From positions 1 to 11,015 of the forward strand of contig CAXXGJ010000005.1 of the NCBI GenBank assembly GCA_963677895.2: a stretch of DNA of 11,015 nt, read 5' to 3'. Of the stretch, positions 1 to 7,661 are shown in pieces (the stretch's first letter is position 1; each line of letters opens with the position of its first letter). The notes under the pieces were generated by a model. That model worked only from the letters and a program-made list of their open reading frames with translations. It ran no database searches and was not told where the DNA came from. The stretch is from Treponemataceae bacterium. Lineage in GTDB: Bacteria; Spirochaetota; Spirochaetia; Treponematales; Rectinemataceae. Made by a program: the position numbers and the translations under genes.

Positions 1-1089
1 GAGGAAGCCCGGAAGCTGGGCTGCTCGGTGAGAACGGACCCCGTCGGAAACGTCCACGCGCGTCCGTCAGGGCTCTCCTGGGACGAGCCCGCCTGGCTCT
101 GCGGGTCGCACATCGACACGGTGCCGAGCGGCGGGAAATTCGATGGGGTGGTCGGCGTGGTCGTCGCGCTTGAAATCCTGAGGACTCAGCCCGGCGCCGC
201 CCTGGAGCTCGTGATCTTCGCCGAGGAAGAGGGCACCACCTTCGGTATCGCCATGCTTGGAAGCCGTGCCTGGGCGGGAACTATAGAAGCAGAACAGATC
301 AGAAAACTGAAGAATCGCGCCGGAATCGATGTCGAGACCGCCGGCAAGGCTTTCGGCGTCGCGCCTGAAATGATCCGCGCCGGGAGTTTCGGCTTTCCCT
401 TCGACCGCTACAAGGGCCTGCTCGAAGTGCACGTCGAGCAGGGCTCGGGCCTGTGGAAAAAAGGCTTGCCCCTCGCCGTGGTAACCACGGTCAACGGGCG
501 AAGACAGTACTCGGGTCAAATCCAGGGGCTTGCCAATCACGCGGGCTCGACGGCCATGTCGGACCGATATGACGCCCTCGCGGGAGCCGCCGAGCTCGTT
601 CTCGGCCTCGAGTCTTTGGGAAGGGAAATAGACCGCGTCCACCCCGGTTCTACCCTGACGACAGGAGCCTTGACCGTGTCGCCCAACGCGGTGAACGTCG
701 TCCCGGGGAGGGCGGACTTCATGCTCGACTTCCGCTCGCCTTCCAATGAAGCCCTCGCCTCGGGCGACGCCTCGATCCGACGCCTTCTCTCCTCTATCGG
801 GGAGAAACGGGGCCTTCAGACCCGGATCGAATGTTTCGAGAACCTGCCGGCCTTGCCCTTCGACCCGGGCCTCTGCGATCGCCTTCGCGGGGCTGGGGCC
901 GAACTGGGGATTCCACTGCCCGACGCTTCGAGCGGAGCCCTGCACGACAGCGCCATCCTCGCTCCCTTCCTGCCCACGGCCATGCTCTTCGTGGCAAGCA
1001 AGGACGGCATAAGCCACAACCCGGCCGAGTTCAGTAGGTCCGAGGACATCGCGGCTGCGGCGCGCGTCGTGGCCGCAGCCATAGCCTGA
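1..1089 (+). CDS. M20-family Zn-dependent amidohydrolase (allantoate amidohydrolase / N-carbamoyl-L-amino acid hydrolase type), 5'-truncated
   Basis: Frame 1 is open from base 1 (EEARKLGCSVRTDPVGN...), so the true start lies upstream of the window. Family motifs: GSHIDTV, GGKFDG, EEEG, EVHVEQG, NHAGST, NVVPG, SGALHD, GISHNPAE. Stop TGA at 1087-1089. Confidence 0.92.
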   Translation, partial: EEARKLGCSVRTDPVGNVHARPSGLSWDEPAWLCGSHIDTVPSGGKFDGVVGVVVALEILRTQPGAALELVIFAEEEGTTFGIAMLGSRAWAGTIEAEQIRKLKNRAGIDVETAGKAFGVAPEMIRAGSFGFPFDRYKGLLEVHVEQGSGLWKKGLPLAVVTTVNGRRQYSGQIQGLANHAGSTAMSDRYDALAGAAELVLGLESLGREIDRVHPGSTLTTGALTVSPNAVNVVPGRADFMLDFRSPSNEALASGDASIRRLLSSIGEKRGLQTRIECFENLPALPFDPGLCDRLRGAGAELGIPLPDASSGALHDSAILAPFLPTAMLFVASKDGISHNPAEFSRSEDIAAAARVVAAAIA

Positions 1090-1104
1090 AAATTGACTTC
1101 GGAG

Positions 1105-1836
1105 TCACAGCTCCCGCGGCTCGTCGGCCAAGGGGGCAGCGTTCAATCGCATCTTGATTTGCTTCCATTGGGGGAGATGGAGTGTCATGAGTCCCTTGAA
1201 TCGCGCATCGTGGCGCCGCTCCAGCAGATGAACGAGCTCGTGGACGACGACATATTCGAGGCATTCAGGCTGTTTTTTTGCGAGCTCCAAGTTGAACCAG
1301 AGGCGCTTGGCTTTGACGTTGCAGCTACCCCATCGGGTTTTCATCTTTCGCACGCCCCAGGAAGCGGCTTTTACTCCAAGCGGCGGCTCCCACTTCGCGA
1401 TCAAAGGAGCTATCTCGAGCTTTAGCTGCTTGCGGTACCAGCGATCGAGAACCTCCCGCCGATGCTCGACCTCCGATCCGGCGCGAATGGCCAGCTCCAT
1501 CGTATCAATCTCTTTTAAAACGATGCCTTCGCGTCCCGCGACTTCCCGGATCGCGAGCCTGTATTTTTTCCCTTGAAACCAATGTGTTTCGTCACTCACC
1601 ATCTCGTGTTCCGGTGGGCGAACCTGGCTCGCGAACTTTTCCCGGTGGCCCTTGATCCACACGAGGCGCTCAATCACCGCGAGCCTGATAGCCTCTTCGC
1701 CCACCCAGAACGGCACGGCCAAACGAACCCTGCCGTCTGGAGGGTAGACGGTGATACGCAGGTGCCTGATCACCTTGCGGACCACCTCAATCTGGATGCC
1801 TGAGACTTCAATCCCAGTCGTCTTATTGCTTTTCAT
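1105..1836 (-). CDS. YgjP/DUF45-like (SprT-like/M48) zinc metallo-hydrolase, 243 aa
   Basis: HELVH (HExxH) within YVVVHELVHLLERRHDARF, MKTRWGSC motif, and N-terminal RKVIRHLRITVYPPDGRVRLAVP typical of DUF45 proteins. GGAG Shine-Dalgarno just upstream on the minus strand. GC-rich like the backbone. Confidence 0.88.
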   Translation of the reverse strand: MKSNKTTGIEVSGIQIEVVRKVIRHLRITVYPPDGRVRLAVPFWVGEEAIRLAVIERLVWIKGHREKFASQVRPPEHEMVSDETHWFQGKKYRLAIREVAGREGIVLKEIDTMELAIRAGSEVEHRREVLDRWYRKQLKLEIAPLIAKWEPPLGVKAASWGVRKMKTRWGSCNVKAKRLWFNLELAKKQPECLEYVVVHELVHLLERRHDARFKGLMTLHLPQWKQIKMRLNAAPLADEPREL

Positions 1837-1896
1837 GGAACTCCACGATATCTAGAAAGTACAAAGTTTTAAACAGAATTGTAACCCTATTTACTT

Positions 1897-1920
1897 AAGA
1901 TATGGTATATGCCATATCTT
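1897..1920. promoter_or_regulatory. 24-bp near-perfect palindrome (operator-like or hairpin)
   Basis: AAGATATGGTAT|ATGCCATATCTT, 11 of 12 positions complementary, ~60 bp upstream of the DUF45 start. The palindrome is seen directly; its function is inferred. Confidence 0.4.
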
Positions 1921-2020
1921 GTGGCTTTGCCTATCCTTTGCCATGTTATTCTCTCAATCATTATAGACTGTATATATTGATTTTAAGGAGATCATCTCAA
2001 GGTATTGTTGTATGAAGTAA

Positions 2021-2135
2021 TCACTACATTGGCAAGATCTGTAATTCCGGCTCGAAGGGCTTGGCGCGCTTTTTGCATTGTTGTTCCCACAAAAAGCGTG
2101 CCAAAGGATTTGATAGGTTGAAGCGGATGCTAGAG
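2021..2135 (-). repeat. Degenerate attC-like site downstream of the KAP NTPase gene
   Basis: Minus strand: CTCTAGC (R''-like, contains the TAG stop) ATCC GCTTCAACCT ... TTGGCACGCTTTTTG-14 nt-CAAAAAGCGCGCCAA ... GCCAAT GTAGTGA (R'-like, lacks GTT). The inner inverted repeat at 2061-2075/2090-2104 matches 14/15. Shares motifs with the site at 6024-6162. Confidence 0.62.
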
Positions 2136-5100
2136 TTTATTCTGGTTACTATACTTTACACCCAGTTGATTGTTTATTTTTCTTGTAAATATTCTCTTGT
2201 TTGTAGGTAACCATAATTTATGCCACATCTTCCAATAGAATTCTTCATCATCTCTGAATATTTCTATATTCCCTTTCTCAGTTATAAATGTACTAAACTT
2301 ATCTGAATCATCTTTTGATTCAAAAGGACCACTGTTTGTAAGATAATGTTTTTTATCCTCCAGATTTGACAATCGCTCTAGTATATATTTTACAAGTTTA
2401 ATTGGTTGTGGAATATTATATAAATGAGCTAATCTATCAATAGGCAAATTATCTTCATAAATTAACGTGGACGCTACTAATTTTCTTAAAAAATTATGGT
2501 TATTCGCCATTATCTTAGCACATTCTTTGCATTGTTTAAAAACAGTATACTTATCTTCGAGTTGCAGTTCATCAATGTCATAGAATGCATTTTCTCGTAA
2601 TATTGATCCTGCAAGGAAGGGAACATAAAGTTTATTTTCATAGAGTATATTGGTTACTTCTTTAACTATGGAAGTGTTGATGGGTATTTTGCTAAGTATG
2701 GATAGTGTTATATTTGATAATTCTTTTATGTCATTAATACTTTCAATATATTTACTATACAAACTTTCATCATCAGTCATAAATTCAATAAGGGGTTCTT
2801 CTAATTTAGGTATTAATATCTTTATCGTATACATGAATTCAATAGCCCCTATAGGCGTACTTAAATCAAATGTATTAGAGAAGTAACTGCATAAGTCATC
2901 AACTTTGTCTTTAGATATAGTGCCTAATTTTGCTGATTTGAAGTCAATATCATTTAATATTAGTCTCTGTATTGATGAATCAGATATATAATTACCATTG
3001 TAATTATCTGGATTAAACAAATTTTTTAAGACATTAAATATTATTTCACCTGATAACTTCGAATCATTAATTGCCATAGGAATAAACTTATAATTTTCTG
3101 CATTTATCTTTTCATGGTCTAGCAAGAAATATACCCCATCTGTAATCGTCAAAGCTATTTCAATTTCTTCTCTAGATATCAAAGGGAATTCGTTTAGAAA
3201 GATTGGGTTTAAATCATTTTGGTCAGTTTTTAAGTTCATTAAAAAAGATTTTCTAATATCTATAAAAACTTTTTCATCATATTCATAAATGGACTCAGCG
3301 ATTTCAATTAGCTTTTCTATAATCCAAGGATTTTCATAATTAAAACTTTTTAGTTGTTTACTAGCTTGTCTTGATACTAGAGATGATTTTATCAAATGGT
3401 TGTCTTCAAAATAAGTTAAAATTCGAGTGTCGATAATACAATCAAGTATTAATAAATCAATTTTTGTTAGTTCTTCCTTTGATAGTTCGTTTAAATCAGT
3501 TAGTACCAAGTATTTACAAAAATGACTTTTTTCAAGAGTTTGATTAATAACACTGCCAATTATAATTTCAAGGAAAGCATGATTTACTTTATTATATTTT
3601 ATTAGGTAATTCAGTGCAATGTAAGAGAATTCTTTAATATCTTCATTTTTTGAAATGATGGAGAGTAAAGTTTCAAGCTTATCTGATTGTATAGAATTAA
3701 GATTCAGTTCCAGAATGGCATTTAGTGTTTCTTTGAAATTATTCTCTACTAACTTACGAGATTCTATGAAATCAAGAACTATATCTTTATCAAAGATTTC
3801 ATTGATCTCATCAATGGTTATAAGTGGCATGTTTTCAGAAATAAATAGATTTAAAAATAGTAATTCTGAATTTTTTACTGCAAGAATTATTTCTTTTCTG
3901 TATATACTCGCTTCTTTATTTAAGCTAGAGAGTATCTTAACTAAAAAGTCTGAAAATTCTTTGAAGATATTCTCTCTTACTTTTTTCTCAATAACATTAT
4001 AATTTATAATCTTTTTTAGGAGAGTACAATCATTGTTTAGATCAGAATTCAATATTTTTATTGATCTAGCAATACAATCTTCTAATTTATGAGCATAATC
4101 ATTTTTACACGCTGTATTAAATAGAAATTCGAATTCGAGTAATATAATTGGAAAAGGGCGATTAAATTCATATAAATCTCTAAGTGCTTTAGCAATTGCA
4201 TAATCCTTTTTTTGTTTCTTCAGTATTTTTTTGTATGCTTCCTCTATTTCAGTTCTATCTTCTTCAACGAAGGGGTAATCTTCAGAATGTAATATACAAT
4301 TTACGATGAGACGTTCATTTATATCCATAATATAGCTATTCTTTGGATAGTTATAAAAGTACATAAGGAAATCATCTTCAATATCACGCTTTACAAGCAT
4401 ATTAGCAAATATTGAAACAAATATTGGAGATTCAAAATTATTATCATTATTTGAATTATATTCATTCTCTGATGTGGTAATTGGAATAATGTTATTAATA
4501 TTTTCTTCAATTGACTTGTTGTCAGGTAAAAGATAAGAAGATTGTACGATTTTTACTAGCTTGTTTTCATTTTTCAGAAGCACCATCCAGTCATGTTGAT
4601 AGCTACGTTGAAGATATACAACAGCTGCACATTTTTTTAATTGTACATCAGCATTTTCCTGCTTTTCTTTTAGAGAGTGAAAAAGTATAAATGTATCATT
4701 AAGTCTGTCTTTAATTTCTCGAATAGTGAGGTTTTCTCCTTTTCCAATCCATTGTAAGTCTTTGAGGTAATTTATTCTAACATATTCAAATGTGTCAGTT
4801 GGAGTTGGCTTAATATTGAGAAGGCTTATGTTATCGTGAAGAATATTAAGCATCAAGTCATTAATATTTTCATTATGAATAGGCTTAATTGTAATTGTAT
4901 AATCGAATATTTTTGAATATATAAGTTCACTAATTCCTGGCTTCAATGCCACTTCCGATTTTAATGATACTATGTATATAATTTGGTCTTTTTTATTCGT
5001 TGGGAGAAGGTTTACAAACCGATAAAGCTCTTTAAGAAAATATGTCGTAATATCTTGATCTCTGATTCTATCAATATCTTCAATAAAGATGACCTGTTTT

Positions 5101-5918
5101 AAATTTGAACCACCAATGCGTAATAGTCTATCAGCGACTTCACGGTATACTTCGAATAAATCTGCTGAATCTGGATCGACTTTCCCTTGTGAGTCCCATA
5201 ATGAGAATATAAAATTTCCACGTATAATTCCAATAAATAGTAGTAAAGCACTTAGAAAGAGAAAGAAGGGAGAAAGGTTTGACAACAATGATACAAGATT
5301 TATAAGTGAATCAATTGCCATTTCATTTTTAGCATTAAATATTTGAATTAGTAGAGGCTCAATTCGGTCATAATTGTAGAAATCTTTTAAATAAATGTAT
5401 ATTGAAAATATAAGTCCAGATAAAATAATGAAAATAAAACTTGAGTAGGTTGAAACAGAAAGCGATAGCTTTCCGTAATTTTTACTTAGTCTATGATTGA
5501 TATATTTTGCAAAGTTTCTGTTTCTTTTTTTATTTCCAAACGCCAATTGGTATAGAAATGACTTTGTTGAAATTGTTACAGTTTTTGTATTGCTTTCGTT
5601 TGTACTTTGATCAAAAAAACTATCCCAAAGATTAATTATAATTGTTTTTTTAAATTTGTTTTTTTCTAACTTATGCTTAAGCTTTTCGGTTAGGCTAGAT
5701 TTCCCGGAACCATAATCACCGATTATACCAATAATGTGAGCGTTCTCTTTGATTGCCTCCTTTATTGCTTCCGCTTGCATATCAAATCCAAATAAATCAT
5801 CTTTGTCTTTTGATATAGGACTATTCTTAAAAATAACCGGATGCTTATTTTCTACTTCATTTAATTTCGTTAAGGGTGCAATTTTAAGTCTAATAAAATT
5901 AGCTAAATAATTTAACAT
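2130..5918 (-). CDS. KAP-family / YobI-like P-loop NTPase with two transmembrane segments and a long C-terminal region, 1262 aa
   Basis: N-terminal DLFGFDMQAEAI, Walker A IGIIGDYGSGKSS, Walker B VIFIEDIDR, and SKIFDYTI motif. Two hydrophobic stretches (SFIFIILSGLIFSIYIYL; FFLFLSALLLFIGII) lie between Walker A and B, the KAP hallmark. GAGGA Shine-Dalgarno at 5925-5929 (minus). Confidence 0.85.
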   Translation of the reverse strand: MLNYLANFIRLKIAPLTKLNEVENKHPVIFKNSPISKDKDDLFGFDMQAEAIKEAIKENAHIIGIIGDYGSGKSSLTEKLKHKLEKNKFKKTIIINLWDSFFDQSTNESNTKTVTISTKSFLYQLAFGNKKRNRNFAKYINHRLSKNYGKLSLSVSTYSSFIFIILSGLIFSIYIYLKDFYNYDRIEPLLIQIFNAKNEMAIDSLINLVSLLSNLSPFFLFLSALLLFIGIIRGNFIFSLWDSQGKVDPDSADLFEVYREVADRLLRIGGSNLKQVIFIEDIDRIRDQDITTYFLKELYRFVNLLPTNKKDQIIYIVSLKSEVALKPGISELIYSKIFDYTITIKPIHNENINDLMLNILHDNISLLNIKPTPTDTFEYVRINYLKDLQWIGKGENLTIREIKDRLNDTFILFHSLKEKQENADVQLKKCAAVVYLQRSYQHDWMVLLKNENKLVKIVQSSYLLPDNKSIEENINNIIPITTSENEYNSNNDNNFESPIFVSIFANMLVKRDIEDDFLMYFYNYPKNSYIMDINERLIVNCILHSEDYPFVEEDRTEIEEAYKKILKKQKKDYAIAKALRDLYEFNRPFPIILLEFEFLFNTACKNDYAHKLEDCIARSIKILNSDLNNDCTLLKKIINYNVIEKKVRENIFKEFSDFLVKILSSLNKEASIYRKEIILAVKNSELLFLNLFISENMPLITIDEINEIFDKDIVLDFIESRKLVENNFKETLNAILELNLNSIQSDKLETLLSIISKNEDIKEFSYIALNYLIKYNKVNHAFLEIIIGSVINQTLEKSHFCKYLVLTDLNELSKEELTKIDLLILDCIIDTRILTYFEDNHLIKSSLVSRQASKQLKSFNYENPWIIEKLIEIAESIYEYDEKVFIDIRKSFLMNLKTDQNDLNPIFLNEFPLISREEIEIALTITDGVYFLLDHEKINAENYKFIPMAINDSKLSGEIIFNVLKNLFNPDNYNGNYISDSSIQRLILNDIDFKSAKLGTISKDKVDDLCSYFSNTFDLSTPIGAIEFMYTIKILIPKLEEPLIEFMTDDESLYSKYIESINDIKELSNITLSILSKIPINTSIVKEVTNILYENKLYVPFLAGSILRENAFYDIDELQLEDKYTVFKQCKECAKIMANNHNFLRKLVASTLIYEDNLPIDRLAHLYNIPQPIKLVKYILERLSNLEDKKHYLTNSGPFESKDDSDKFSTFITEKGNIEIFRDDEEFYWKMWHKLWLPTNKRIFTRKINNQLGVKYSNQNKL

Positions 5919-6010
5919 TATTGATCCTCACTAAATAATTTATTCAATTTGAAATAATTGCTTGAATATTTCTTTTATAAATACTTGATTGTACTTCATG
6001 TTGATTTTTC

Positions 6011-6023
6011 GCGCGAAGCATCG
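6011..6023 (-). repeat. 13-bp cassette leader repeat CGATGCTTCGCGC, copy 2
   Basis: + strand GCGCGAAGCATCG is identical to 7606-7618 and directly abuts the 7-bp core-like TTTAGTA (6024-6030, minus). Confidence 0.85.
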
Positions 6024-6162
6024 TACTAAAATTGGCTTAACATTTATAGCCTGGCCCAAACGGTTTTGTATAGCAACGATACGAAGGATAGACGTATTAT
6101 GTGTATGGGTTTTCTGCACAAACCATAACAAAGCTTTATAAGGTTGACGCAATTTTTTAAGT
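6024..6162 (-). repeat. Degenerate attC-like site between the nuclease and KAP NTPase genes
   Basis: Minus strand: ACTTAAA (R''-like, contains the TAA stop) AAATT GCGTCAACCT ... GTTAAGC CAAT TTTAGTA (R'-like). The left arm GCGTCAAC has one extra C relative to the complement of the right arm (GCTTAAC), as expected for the attC extrahelical base. Inner arms GGTTTGTG/TACAAAACC. Length 139 bp. Confidence 0.65.
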
Positions 6163-7590
6163 CTCTGATTCAATAGAATAAATGCTTGCACTTTCTTTAA
6201 GATTTCCATCTATAAGCATCAAATCACAGTTTGTAATTCCACTTGTCAAAGATTCATTGTGCAAAGCAACAAGTTCACTTATTCTAGTAGATGGCCCGCC
6301 ATTATCTATAACCAAATAAATCGCATTAGTTGTTTTTTCTGCCTTTTTATACTCCCCTATTTGTGTCGTATATCCATGTAGTAATTGTTTATTTGTTGTT
6401 AATTTAATTTCAACTACAATTCTTAATACGTATCCAATACTAAATTTAAAGTCAACAGCACCTCTACCAGAGTTTGTTTCAGGATTAATATCAGTATTAT
6501 TTGCCTTACAATATGCATCAGCTATTCCATAAAATAATCTTTGTGCAATTCTTTCGCGACGAGGTTTACCATTTGCATATAATATTTCGGAGAGCCCATT
6601 ATTCTCAATTAATTCCTTAAACATTTTACATATTTCCAGAACAAGAATATTTAATTCTATCCTGGTAGAAACCTTTGCTTTTGTAATCTTTAGCGGGATT
6701 CGCGATGTTATTTCTTTTGCAGCCTGATACCATGAATTCTCCCCCAAAGGATCTAGTAAAAAATCATAAGGATCAAGTGAAAATTCACGATATTCATAAA
6801 TTAAAGATTTAATAAGCTCTGAATCCTGTAGAACAACTCGACGTGCTGCATGTTTCTTAGCTGTGGTAGTCATTTTTTTCCAATCATCTCCGATTTGCCT
6901 GTTAATTTCACTTCTTACTTTTTCATTTAGCATACATATTAGACTTATATCTTCCCATTCAGTAGCAACTGGTAATTCATGTAAGATTTCCTTTGGAAGA
7001 AGATATAATTTCTTTCCATTGAAGGGGTTTAAAATTAATCCATCTACAAACTTAATATCTTTTCGAGATTTATTGTCTATTCCTATTTTCGTTAGAACTC
7101 GAATCGAATAAGCATGCAAATATCCACTTATTGTCCGGGCAATAAAATCACTAATTCTATCTGGTCCAATATCATCTTCAAACAACCCAACTATTTCAAA
7201 TATTTCTGGTTCTTTCACACCTGCATCAATTATTTCTTTACCAGAACGTAGAATTTTTATCTTTAGCTCTTTTCCAGACCCCGAACCTGCTGTTCCGTTT
7301 TCAGAATATCCAAGGCAGATTTCTTCAAATTCTGTCATCTTTAATAATTCAAATGCCTCTCGCCAAAATCTATCTTCATCTTTTTTCGAAACACTTAACA
7401 ATGTACCTATTTGATTGAACAATTTTGAAATTGCATCATAAGCACCAATTAATTCGGGTATATTAGCATCCCTAATACGAATAAAGTTAACAAACATCCG
7501 TGAATCAAAATCAAGAAGTGTATCAAAGCATCCTTCAGAATCTAATAATACTTTAGGTATTTGCAGAAAATCACTTAATGAAATAGACAT
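6157..7590 (-). CDS. Uncharacterised protein with a C-terminal PD-(D/E)xK (restriction endonuclease-like) nuclease domain, 477 aa
   Basis: C-terminal PETNSGRGAVDFKF...VVEIKL followed by QIGEY (E...D...ExK...QxxxY arrangement). GAGGTG Shine-Dalgarno 5 nt upstream of the ATG. Long ORF in AT-rich DNA. Confidence 0.72.
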   Translation of the reverse strand: MSISLSDFLQIPKVLLDSEGCFDTLLDFDSRMFVNFIRIRDANIPELIGAYDAISKLFNQIGTLLSVSKKDEDRFWREAFELLKMTEFEEICLGYSENGTAGSGSGKELKIKILRSGKEIIDAGVKEPEIFEIVGLFEDDIGPDRISDFIARTISGYLHAYSIRVLTKIGIDNKSRKDIKFVDGLILNPFNGKKLYLLPKEILHELPVATEWEDISLICMLNEKVRSEINRQIGDDWKKMTTTAKKHAARRVVLQDSELIKSLIYEYREFSLDPYDFLLDPLGENSWYQAAKEITSRIPLKITKAKVSTRIELNILVLEICKMFKELIENNGLSEILYANGKPRRERIAQRLFYGIADAYCKANNTDINPETNSGRGAVDFKFSIGYVLRIVVEIKLTTNKQLLHGYTTQIGEYKKAEKTTNAIYLVIDNGGPSTRISELVALHNESLTSGITNCDLMLIDGNLKESASIYSIESET

Positions 7591-7605
7591 ATTTTCACCT
7601 CTTCG

Positions 7606-7618
7606 GCGCGAAGCATCG
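7606..7618 (-). repeat. 13-bp cassette leader repeat CGATGCTTCGCGC, copy 1
   Basis: Identical to 6011-6023 and directly abuts the perfect core GTTAGGT (7619-7625, minus). Confidence 0.85.
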
Positions 7619-7652
7619 ACCTAACAACAATTCACTTATTCTGTATAACTCC
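7619..7652 (-). other. attI-like recombination site (core GTTAGGT with upstream GTTATAC)
   Basis: Minus strand GGAGTTATACAGAATAAGTGAATTGTT-GTTAGGT. Perfect GTTRRRY ~30 bp before the first gene, with no attC-type hairpin arm upstream. A second GTT box at 7643-7649 resembles an accessory integrase site. Confidence 0.5.
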
Positions 7653-7661
7653 CAAATCATC

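Noticed and set aside
67..1017. 316-aa minus-strand ORF and other short ORFs over the amidohydrolase
   Set aside because: Antisense or alternate-frame shadows of a well-supported GC-rich gene, with no recognisable motifs.
1031..1803. Short ORFs overlapping the DUF45 gene
   Set aside because: They overlap a gene with clear family motifs and show no independent coding signal.
1968..1983. CTGTATATAT as a LexA box (also CTGTATAA at 7641)
   Set aside because: Half-sites only; the ACAG required by CTGT-N8-ACAG is missing in both.
2061..2104. Inverted repeat as a simple intrinsic terminator of the KAP gene
   Set aside because: It has a 14-nt loop and no U-tract after the stem on the minus strand, and its flanks match the 6024-6162 element, so an attC-like origin fits better. 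A secondary terminating role is not excluded.
2650..7111. Plus-strand ORFs at 2650, 3655, 5089 and 6863
   Set aside because: Antisense to the long island genes, with the Ser/Ile/Phe-rich composition typical of reverse-frame artefacts.
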